26,509 nt of DNA from a virus (lineage: Duplodnaviria > Caudoviricetes). A program made the translations under genes and the position numbers. Positions within the stretch are counted from its first letter, which is position 1. The number at the start of each line of letters is the position of its first letter. Shown here one piece after another: positions 7,749 to 15,019 of this stretch. The notes beneath the pieces were generated by a model, which searched no databases, was not told the origin of the DNA, and saw only the letters and a list, made by a program, of their open reading frames with translations. The stretch is from the IMG/VR virus record IMGVR_UViG_3300016722_000010, positions 1 to 26,509 of that record; one strand, written 5' to 3'.

Positions 7749-9982
7749 CCTACGACGTAAAAGAGCTGCTTTCCGCGATCAACCCCTCCATGCTCAGTTA
7801 TCAGGAATGGGTGAACGTGGGAATGGCGCTCAAGGAGGGCGGATACACCGCTTTCGACTGGGACGCATGGAGCCGCAGTGATAGCGCCCGCTACCATGCC
7901 GGTGAATGCTACAAGAAATGGGATTCCTTCGATGGGGATTCTAAGCCCGTGACCATGGGCACGGTGGTGCAGTACGCCCGCGATCAGGGCTGGCGTCCTG
8001 CTGCATCAGACGATGGTTACGAACTCGACTGGGATAGCCAGATCGGGGGACACGGCGTTGTGGTCGATCACAACTGGCTGGAGGCGCGCGAGGTTGCCGC
8101 GCCTTCCGCCAATTGGGACGGCGTACGCGAGCTGACCACATACCTGGAAACTCTGTTCGAAGCCAGCGAGAACGTCGGCTATGTGACCGACTGTTACGAA
8201 AAAGACGGCCGGTTCCTGCCTACGCGTGGCAATTATGACCGTACGGCCGGGGCGCTGATTGAGGCGCTCAGTAAGTGCGGCGGGGACATCGGCGCGGTGA
8301 TCGGCGACACTACGCCGGAAGCGGGGGCATGGATCCGTTTTAACCCGCTGGACGGCAAGGGCGTAAAGAACGAGAATGTGACCGATTTCCGCTATGCGCT
8401 GGTAGAAAGCGATTCCATGGAGATTGACCAGCAAAACGCTATTCTCCATGAATTGGAATTGCCCATTGCCATTATGGTACACAGCGGTGGTAAGAGCCTC
8501 CACGCGATCGTCAAGATCAACGCCGCCAGCTACGATGAGTACCGCAAGCGTGTGGATTACCTGTATGAGGTGTGTGCTAAAAACGGCCTTAAGATCGATA
8601 CGCAGAACCGCAACCCTTCCCGCTTAAGCCGCATGCCGGGCGTTACCCGCAACGGAAACAAGCAGTACATCGTAGCGCGCGAGATCGGAAAACCGAGCTG
8701 GGACGAATGGAAGGAATGGGTAGAGAGCCAAAACGATAATCTGCCCGAGCCTGAAAGCATCGCCACGATGTGGGACAATCTGCCTCCGCTGGCGCCCGCG
8801 CTGATTGACGGGGTGCTCCGCATGGGCCACAAACTACTGCTTGCGGGCCCCAGCAAGGCGGGCAAGAGCTACGCGCTGATAGAGCTGTGCTGTGCCATCG
8901 CTGAAGGTAGGAAATGGTTGGGCTGGCAATGCACGCCGGGGCGCGTAATGTATGTGAACCTTGAACTGGATCGCGCAAGCTGCCTGCACCGCTTCAAGGA
9001 TGTGTATCTGGCGCTGGGATACGCGCCCGCCCATCTAGCAAGCATCGACGTTTGGAACCTGCGCGGCAAAGCAATCCCAATGGATCAACTCGCGCCCAAG
9101 CTGATCCGTCGGGCGACCAAGAAGGGATACACAGCCATTGTGATTGACCCGATTTATAAGGTGATCACCGGCGATGAAAACAGCGCCGATCAGATGGCCA
9201 ATTTTTGCAACCAGTTTGACAAGGTGTGCACGGAATTGGGTTGCGCGGTGATTTATTGTCATCACCACAGCAAGGGCACACAGGGCCAGAAGCGTTCCAT
9301 GGATCGCGCCAGCGGAAGCGGCGTGTTTGCCCGCGACCCAGATGCGATGCTGGACATGATCGAGCTGGACGTAACCGACGCGCTGCGCAAGGCCGAGGGC
9401 GACCGCGCCGTATGCCGCACTTACGAAATGGCTTTCGACCGGCTGCTGGGCGACAAGTGGCACGTCGATGTTAGCCAGGATGACCGATGCAGCGCGGCCG
9501 CCATGCGCGACCATGCCGCCAATCTGCTCACACGGGCGCAGGAAGCGACTATTGCGCAGGAGCTTGCCGATGCACGCAACCGCGCGGAGAAGCGCACGGC
9601 GTGGCGAATTGAGGGCACCCTGCGCGAGTTTGCGCCCTTCCCGCCGCTGAACCTATGGTTTGATTACCCGGTGCATCAGAGCGACCCGTCGGGCGCGCTG
9701 GGCGACCTGAGTGCAGACGGAGAGCAGCCGCCTTGGAAAAAAGCGGTTGATAAACACAAGAAAGTTGCTGCCGCTAAGAAAAGCAACTACAAACTGGAAT
9801 TTGAGAGCGTGCTTCAATCCTGTGGTGCCGGAAAGCAGACAACGTTCAAAGATTTACAGGACTACTATGGCGGTGAAAAGTCGGACGATACCCTCTACCG
9901 GTGGATAAAAAAGTACGGGTATCAACTCGACAAAAACACGGGGATTATTATAAAAGCAGAACAAAAGGAGGTTTCACAATAA
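7745..9982 (+). CDS. Primase-helicase (N-terminal PriCT-2-like domain, primase domain, AAA_25/RepA-type helicase)
   Basis: YQEWVNVGMALK...W..WS (PriCT-2-like), LVESD, HSGGKSLH, NPSRLSRMPG, Walker A GPSKAGKS, VIDP, HHHSKG, ASGSG; start ATG 7745 after AAGGA. Confidence 0.92.
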   Translation: MTYDVKELLSAINPSMLSYQEWVNVGMALKEGGYTAFDWDAWSRSDSARYHAGECYKKWDSFDGDSKPVTMGTVVQYARDQGWRPAASDDGYELDWDSQIGGHGVVVDHNWLEAREVAAPSANWDGVRELTTYLETLFEASENVGYVTDCYEKDGRFLPTRGNYDRTAGALIEALSKCGGDIGAVIGDTTPEAGAWIRFNPLDGKGVKNENVTDFRYALVESDSMEIDQQNAILHELELPIAIMVHSGGKSLHAIVKINAASYDEYRKRVDYLYEVCAKNGLKIDTQNRNPSRLSRMPGVTRNGNKQYIVAREIGKPSWDEWKEWVESQNDNLPEPESIATMWDNLPPLAPALIDGVLRMGHKLLLAGPSKAGKSYALIELCCAIAEGRKWLGWQCTPGRVMYVNLELDRASCLHRFKDVYLALGYAPAHLASIDVWNLRGKAIPMDQLAPKLIRRATKKGYTAIVIDPIYKVITGDENSADQMANFCNQFDKVCTELGCAVIYCHHHSKGTQGQKRSMDRASGSGVFARDPDAMLDMIELDVTDALRKAEGDRAVCRTYEMAFDRLLGDKWHVDVSQDDRCSAAAMRDHAANLLTRAQEATIAQELADARNRAEKRTAWRIEGTLREFAPFPPLNLWFDYPVHQSDPSGALGDLSADGEQPPWKKAVDKHKKVAAAKKSNYKLEFESVLQSCGAGKQTTFKDLQDYYGGEKSDDTLYRWIKKYGYQLDKNTGIIIKAEQKEVSQ

Positions 9983-9997
9983 CATGATTAATGTTTA

Positions 9998-10145
9998 TGC
10001 AACTCGTTGCAGATTTGTTGCAATAACTAAAAACATGTTATTGCAACTCGTTGCATATCTTCCGCAAATACTTACTTTATGTAATTGCAACTCACCGCAA
10101 AATCCGTTGCAAAAACATCAATTTATGTTTGTGCGGAGAGTTGCA
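9998..10145. repeat. AT-rich iteron-like array, putative phage replication origin
   Basis: TGCAACTCGTTGCA at 9998 and 10042, TGCAACTCACCGCA at 10086 (44-bp period), inverted copy TGCGGAGAGTTGCA at 10132; directly downstream of the primase-helicase. Confidence 0.7.
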
Positions 10146-10182
10146 AAAACACTATCCTATAATCCTTATTTTTTGCGTGCGG

Positions 10183-10271
10183 TTGCAGGTGTGCGGTCGC
10201 TGGCACCTAGGGGTGGGCGTGAAGCTTCGCCCACACCCATAGGATGCGACCGACACGCACCCTCACTGCAA
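10183..10271. other. Long imperfect hairpin adjacent to the putative origin
   Basis: Nested pairings TTGCAG/CTGCAA, GTGT/ACAC, CGGTCGC/GCGACCG, CCTA/TAGG, GTGGGCG/CGCCCAC around loop TGAAGCTT. Confidence 0.65.
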
Positions 10272-10301
10272 ATGGACGCTGACGAAAGAGAGGTTGAACT
10301 G

Positions 10302-10784
10302 GTGAAACACAACTGTAAATATCAGGGAACCCCGGAAGAACCCGAGTGCCAATACTGCGACGGGGACGAACCCTGCTGCGTTCCGTGCACGTTGCAATTC
10401 TTCTGCCCGATGGCGAAAGTGCCAACCGCTACCCAGCAGATGCACAAGGTTCAGATGGTTAACGGTAAACCCCAATTCTACGAGCCGCCAGAGGTTGCGC
10501 AGGCACGCGCAAAGCTTCTGGCTGCCGTGTGCCAGCATATGCCTCCTAAGCCGCTGAAAGGCCCCGTATCGCTATTGGTCAAGTGGTGCTTCCCGGTTTC
10601 TGGCAAGCATCATGACGGCGAGTACCGCATTACCAAGCCTGACACCGATAACCTGAACAAGATGCTCAAGGACGTAATGACCCAGTGTGGGTACTGGATG
10701 GATGACGCGCAGGTATGCCGGGAGATTGTCGAAAAATTCTGGGCAGATACCCCGGGGTTATTCATTCAGGTGGAGGCGTTATGA
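10302..10784 (+). CDS. rusA: RusA-family Holliday junction resolvase with a Cys-rich N-terminal extension
   Basis: KPDTDNLNKMLKDVMT...WMDDAQV catalytic motif; GTG 10302 follows RBS AGAGAGG, so the ORF-track start at 9984 is unlikely. Confidence 0.88.
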   Translation: MKHNCKYQGTPEEPECQYCDGDEPCCVPCTLQFFCPMAKVPTATQQMHKVQMVNGKPQFYEPPEVAQARAKLLAAVCQHMPPKPLKGPVSLLVKWCFPVSGKHHDGEYRITKPDTDNLNKMLKDVMTQCGYWMDDAQVCREIVEKFWADTPGLFIQVEAL

Positions 10785-11092
10785 CAGACGTGCCGGACGG
10801 TTGCACGCTGGTAACCGAACCGTACTGGCCGTGCGAGGATATATGGCCACCCGGTACGCTATCAAAGGCTGCCATCGCGGCGTACAAGCGGCTACAACAG
10901 CACGGACAGATCACCATTGAACGCGTGTTTTACAACAAGCAGACAGATGTTACCCGATTCAAATACTTGTCGATGGAATCAGGGGATGCGCTGAAAACCA
11001 AGCTCCGGAAGGCGATGGAGGAGGTAAAACCCACATGCGAATTGAGAAAGGACGGGAGCCTAAATGAATGCACGACTACAAGCAATTCGTGA
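10781..11092 (+). CDS. Hypothetical phage protein
   Basis: GGAGG RBS then ATG 10781 overlapping the rusA stop (ATGA). Confidence 0.65.
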   Translation: MTDVPDGCTLVTEPYWPCEDIWPPGTLSKAAIAAYKRLQQHGQITIERVFYNKQTDVTRFKYLSMESGDALKTKLRKAMEEVKPTCELRKDGSLNECTTTSNS

Positions 11093-11405
11093 ATACATGC
11101 AAGCTGATCCTGACTATGGAGTATATGACGGTGTTTTGTCGAGAAGCGAGCTTCAGCTATTTTTCGATGAAATCGCCCGCCTTACCTCCGAGCGGGACGC
11201 AGCAATAAGCGATATGATACCGGTGTGTTGCGTTTGCAAGCATTTTTACAAAAAGGCGAAAGGCGTGTATTCGTGTCACAAAGCGGGCGACATGGAGAAC
11301 GTATATTCATGGGACAACGACTACTCATGTCCTATGTGGGAATGGCGCGGCCTGTGCGCCGAGAACGCGCCGGAGGGAACATGCGAGAGCAAAGAAAGCC
11401 GCTAA
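11064..11405 (+). CDS. Hypothetical Cys-rich phage protein
   Basis: GGGAG RBS; CCVCKH...C...CPMWEWRG pattern typical of small phage accessory ORFs. Confidence 0.65.
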   Translation: MNARLQAIREYMQADPDYGVYDGVLSRSELQLFFDEIARLTSERDAAISDMIPVCCVCKHFYKKAKGVYSCHKAGDMENVYSWDNDYSCPMWEWRGLCAENAPEGTCESKESR

Positions 11406-11878
11406 TTGGTTTGTGTGAAGCGACTAGGCTTTACGGCGCGGATACCGTCACCTTCTGTCGCCCACGTTACGTACCTGATGGCATGTGTGAATGGTGCGGA
11501 AAGCCGATCAACAACAAGCGGAGAACCTCGTGCTGCTGCAAAGAGTGCAACGACAAGTTCCTTGACTGGACAAGCACCGTTCGTTATTGCAACAGCGGAA
11601 GCCGTGGGGGATATGCGAATCACATCTTGCGGCGCGATAACTACACTTGCCAAGAGTGCGGAGAATTTCACGCCCTATATAACGCAAACGGAATCCCAAT
11701 GCCAACCTCTGACGGAGCACTGGAAATACATCACATCGTGGCCGTTCGTGATGGAGGAGACGATTCGCCACAAAACCTTATTACGCTATGCAAAGATTGC
11801 CACAAACGGCACACAGCGGAACAAGTGCGGATGCGGAAAAACGCGCCAACCGGCGCAGAAAGCGGGGGAGCCAGATGA
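11381..11878 (+). CDS. HNH endonuclease with an N-terminal zinc finger
   Basis: CEWCG...CCKEC, ILRRDNYTCQECG, LEIHHIVAVRDGG..SPQNLITLCKDCH; GGAGG RBS before ATG 11381. Confidence 0.9.
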   Translation: MREQRKPLIGLCEATRLYGADTVTFCRPRYVPDGMCEWCGKPINNKRRTSCCCKECNDKFLDWTSTVRYCNSGSRGGYANHILRRDNYTCQECGEFHALYNANGIPMPTSDGALEIHHIVAVRDGGDDSPQNLITLCKDCHKRHTAEQVRMRKNAPTGAESGGAR

Positions 11879-12189
11879 GCAAGTGGAGAAAAAAGCCCGT
11901 CGTGATCGAGGCGTTTATGTTTGATGGTAAATTTTTTGACGAAACGGAAGCGAGGTACATGCCGGAGTGGGCGCGGGAGGCGCTAGAATCGGGCAAATTG
12001 CACTACGGTGGTCGTTGCGACGACGAACCGCCATGCACGCTGTTTATTGATACGCTTGAGGGCACAATGATAGCGCAGGTTGGCGACTACATCATTCAGG
12101 GAGTGAATGGTGAAATTTACCCCTGCAAGCCGGATATTTTCTCCAAGACCTATGAACCGGTAGAAAGCGAGGGAGAACATGCCGAGTGA
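11875..12189 (+). CDS. Conserved phage protein (RKKPVVIEA / PGDYG-like family)
   Basis: MSKWRKKPVVIEAF...IDTLEG.MIAQVGDYIIQGVNGEIYPCKPDIF.KTYE. Confidence 0.8.
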   Translation: MSKWRKKPVVIEAFMFDGKFFDETEARYMPEWAREALESGKLHYGGRCDDEPPCTLFIDTLEGTMIAQVGDYIIQGVNGEIYPCKPDIFSKTYEPVESEGEHAE

Positions 12190-12484
12190 CTTCATCAGCC
12201 GGGAAGCGGCGTTAAAAACTCTTTATGACGAGATTGGAGAAGAAAACGAAGAAGTGTCGATGGCAACGGCATATGAGATTTTGCTCTATCATTTCCAGAG
12301 GATTCCCGCCGCCGACGTTGTGCCGGTGGTGCGGTGCAAGGATTGTAAGCACTACAGCCCACACCCGACAGACGCGGAATATGGTGGTAAGGGATGGTGC
12401 AGAAAGCTACAAGGGCAAGCCAAACAGGATTTCTTTTGTGCGGCTGGTGCGCACGAGGACGGAGGCGAGCACTATGCTGATTGA
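12179..12484 (+). CDS. Hypothetical phage protein
   Basis: DFISREAA...IPAADVVPVVRCKDCKH...FC..G, a pattern recurrent in Clostridia prophages; GGGAG RBS. Confidence 0.75.
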   Translation: MPSDFISREAALKTLYDEIGEENEEVSMATAYEILLYHFQRIPAADVVPVVRCKDCKHYSPHPTDAEYGGKGWCRKLQGQAKQDFFCAAGAHEDGGEHYAD

Positions 12485-12692
12485 ACTCAACCCGTGCGTG
12501 AAGTGCGGAGGAAAACCCATCCGAGAAAATGGCCGCAAAGATGAGCGCGAAAACGATTTTTGGACGATGGCAAGAGTTTATTTTTGTACGTGCGGGAAGT
12601 GCGGTAAATTTGAGTATGGGTATTCCCGAAAAGAGTCTGACGCGGCATGGAACGCCGCCAACCCGAAGGAGGCTGAACCCAATGCACGATAG
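12474..12692 (+). CDS. Lar-family restriction alleviation-like zinc-finger protein
   Basis: ELNPCVKCGG...CGKCG...AAWN pattern; GGAGG RBS before ATG 12474. Confidence 0.7.
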   Translation: MLIELNPCVKCGGKPIRENGRKDERENDFWTMARVYFCTCGKCGKFEYGYSRKESDAAWNAANPKEAEPNAR

Positions 12693-13128
12693 CACCGTAT
12701 GGCAGGCACGGGAGATCAACCCAGCAAAGCGCTACCTGCTGGAATACCGTACCCTGATTAAGCGACGTGACGCCCTGCTGGATGAACTGGACAGGCTACA
12801 GGACGCTAACCACCGGGCAACGTCACGGTTGACCGCCGTACGGCTTGGCGGCACCGGCGGGCATGCGAGTTTTGCGGATGGCGCCATTCGAGTGGTGGAC
12901 GCGAAAACATCAGTGCGGGTAGTTATAGACCGCATTGACGCGTGTCTGGAGGATCGGCTGGCCGCGATCGAGCAGTTGACGGACGAGCGGCAGAAGCTGG
13001 TGCTGACGTATCGGTATATCAACGGGTGGGACTGGTCGCATATCTGCCAAGAAATGAATTATGAGAAACGCAGGGTATTAGATTATCACGGATACGCGCT
13101 TTCTGAGATACGAAAAAGTCTGCACTAA
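12682..13128 (+). CDS. ArpU/RinA-like late transcription activator (sigma region 4-like C-terminus)
   Basis: AKRYLLEYR...QKLVLTYRYINGWDWSHICQEMNY...H..AL; last gene before the terminase; AAGGAGG RBS. Confidence 0.82.
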   Translation: MHDSTVWQAREINPAKRYLLEYRTLIKRRDALLDELDRLQDANHRATSRLTAVRLGGTGGHASFADGAIRVVDAKTSVRVVIDRIDACLEDRLAAIEQLTDERQKLVLTYRYINGWDWSHICQEMNYEKRRVLDYHGYALSEIRKSLH

Positions 13129-13153
13129 ATTGCACCACTTGACGTGGTATACT
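13121..13153 (+). promoter_or_regulatory. Putative activator-dependent late promoter
   Basis: Extended -10 TGgTATACT (13145-13153) with no correctly spaced -35; TGCAC direct repeats at 13121 and 13131, one helical turn apart. Confidence 0.6.
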
Positions 13154-13275
13154 GGTATCATCGGAACGCGAGGCGATAAAGGCCCGCGTACCAGGTGCAG
13201 AATGCACCGTTCATATAGCGCCTTGGCTGGTTAGCCCGGGCGCTTCTCTATACCCAAAATAAGCGCCGGAGGTGC

Positions 13276-13869
13276 GTGATCGGTGTGGCAGACTGGGTAA
13301 GCATCAAGGCGGAGTATATCACTACTGACATCAGTACGCGCGCACTGGCTGAAAAATCCGGCGTTTCGTACGCATCGCTCCGCCGCCGAGCGGAAAAAGA
13401 GCATTGGGCGGATGAGCGCAAAACAACTGAGCGCAAAGTGAGCGCAAAAGTAGCGCAAAAAGTTGCGCGCGTGAAGGTTGCGCACGAGACAGACCGCATT
13501 ACCCGCCTGCTCTCTGTGAGTGATGCGTTGCTCCAGAAAGCCGAGCGTGGAGTATCCGAGCTGGGTGAGTTTTACATCGTCAAGCGTAAGGTGTCGCGCG
13601 TGCAGCAAGTTAAAGACGATGCTGGCAACGTACTCGGCATTGCTGATATCGATGAGACTGCTGAGGTCGCTACAAAAGGGCCGGCTATAGTCGATGGCGC
13701 GTCTGTTCGGCATTTTGCGGCCGCGATTAAGGATCTGGTTGCTGTCGCCACCACGCCCAAAACCGACGAGCAGAGCCTGTCAAAGGTCGCGGAGATGATG
13801 GTGCGACTGGATAAGGAGGCGAGCGCCGATGCCGTTTCTAAGCCCGAAGCAGATGGAGTATCGACGTAA
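13276..13869 (+). CDS. terS: Terminase small subunit (true start may be GTG 13285)
   Basis: N-terminal HTH (DWVSIKAEYITTDISTRALAEKSGVS...RRRAEKEHW); overlaps the start of terL. Confidence 0.75.
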   Translation: MIGVADWVSIKAEYITTDISTRALAEKSGVSYASLRRRAEKEHWADERKTTERKVSAKVAQKVARVKVAHETDRITRLLSVSDALLQKAERGVSELGEFYIVKRKVSRVQQVKDDAGNVLGIADIDETAEVATKGPAIVDGASVRHFAAAIKDLVAVATTPKTDEQSLSKVAEMMVRLDKEASADAVSKPEADGVST

Positions 13870-15019
13870 TGCCGTCAAGGTTTGGAATGTGAAAACCGGC
13901 GCGACACGCTCTGGAAAGACATACGGCGATTACTTTATGATCCCCAAGCGGCTGCTGGCGGGGCATGGTCTGCCGGGCCTGAACGTGATCCTGGGCAACA
14001 CCAAGGGCACCATACAGCGCAACCTGATTCAGCCGATGCAGGATATATACGGTGTGGGATTGGTCAGCGATATCCATAGCGACAACAGCGCGGAGCTGTT
14101 TGGCGAAACCTGCTACTGCCTTGGTGCGGATAACGTCAAGCACGTGAATCGCCTGCGCGGCAGCAGCATCAAATACTGTTATGGTGACGAGGTGACAACC
14201 TGGCATCCGGAAGTATTCCAGATGCTCAAGAGCCGCCTTGACAAGGCGTACAGCATTTTTGAGGGTACCTGCAACCCAGACGGCCCTTCCCATTGGTTCA
14301 AGCGCTTTCTGGATGATCCAGAATTACAGGGCGATATTTACCAACAGGCGTACACCATTGACGATAACCCATTTAACCCGCCCGAGGTTGTCGCCCGTAT
14401 GAAACGTGACTATGCCGGCACGGTTTACTACGACCGGTACATACTTGGGTTGTGGGCGGTTGCTGATGGACTGATCTACCCACAGTTCAAGGAGTGCATC
14501 ACGGAGGCTATACCTGCGTCGTTCGACCGCTACGTCGTGTCAATGGACTACGGCGTGATGAATGCTACGTCGATGATCCTGTGGGGTAGAAACGGGCGAC
14601 ACTGGTACGCGCTGGATGAGTTTTACTATTCCGGCCGGGATAGCCGCAACCAGAAGACAGACGAGGATTACCTGAACGACCTTAACAGGCTTTGCGTTGG
14701 AAAGCGCATCAACCTTCTCGTGATAGATCCATCCGCATCTAGCTTTATCATTCTGGCACAGCGTCGGGGATACCGTATCACGAAGGCGGACAACAACGTG
14801 CTGGAGGGCATCCGTGAAACATCCACCGCCATCCAGCGTAAACGTGTATTTATCCATCCAAGATGCCGGAATCTTATTAAAGAGGCCGAAGGGTACGCAT
14901 GGGATCCGGAAGCCTTGGAGGATAAGCCTGTAAAAGTCAACGACCACGCCATGGACGCGTTGCGTTACATGGTTAATACTATCGTCAGCGAAAAGCGCGC
15001 GGCGATTGTGCCGAGGTGA
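13829..15019 (+). CDS. terL: Terminase large subunit, PBSX family
   Basis: GATRSGKT, YGDEV, TCNP, SMDYG, VIDPSA, DHAMDALRY motifs. Confidence 0.96.
   Translation: MPFLSPKQMEYRRNAVKVWNVKTGATRSGKTYGDYFMIPKRLLAGHGLPGLNVILGNTKGTIQRNLIQPMQDIYGVGLVSDIHSDNSAELFGETCYCLGADNVKHVNRLRGSSIKYCYGDEVTTWHPEVFQMLKSRLDKAYSIFEGTCNPDGPSHWFKRFLDDPELQGDIYQQAYTIDDNPFNPPEVVARMKRDYAGTVYYDRYILGLWAVADGLIYPQFKECITEAIPASFDRYVVSMDYGVMNATSMILWGRNGRHWYALDEFYYSGRDSRNQKTDEDYLNDLNRLCVGKRINLLVIDPSASSFIILAQRRGYRITKADNNVLEGIRETSTAIQRKRVFIHPRCRNLIKEAEGYAWDPEALEDKPVKVNDHAMDALRYMVNTIVSEKRAAIVPR

Noticed and set aside
9998-10145. Possible mini-CRISPR array (palindromic repeats at regular spacing)
   Set aside because: Repeats are only 14 bp and degenerate, spacers contain further half-sites, one copy is inverted, and there are no cas genes. 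An iteron array fits better.
10141-10163. TTGCAA...TATAAT promoter candidate
   Set aside because: The spacer is only 11 nt and there is no extended -10 TG.
9984-10301. N-terminal 106 codons of the 266-aa ORF-track version of RusA
   Set aside because: It runs through the AT-rich repeat array and hairpin with atypical composition; a good RBS and GTG exist at 10302. An AAGGAGG upstream of 9984 means it cannot be fully excluded.
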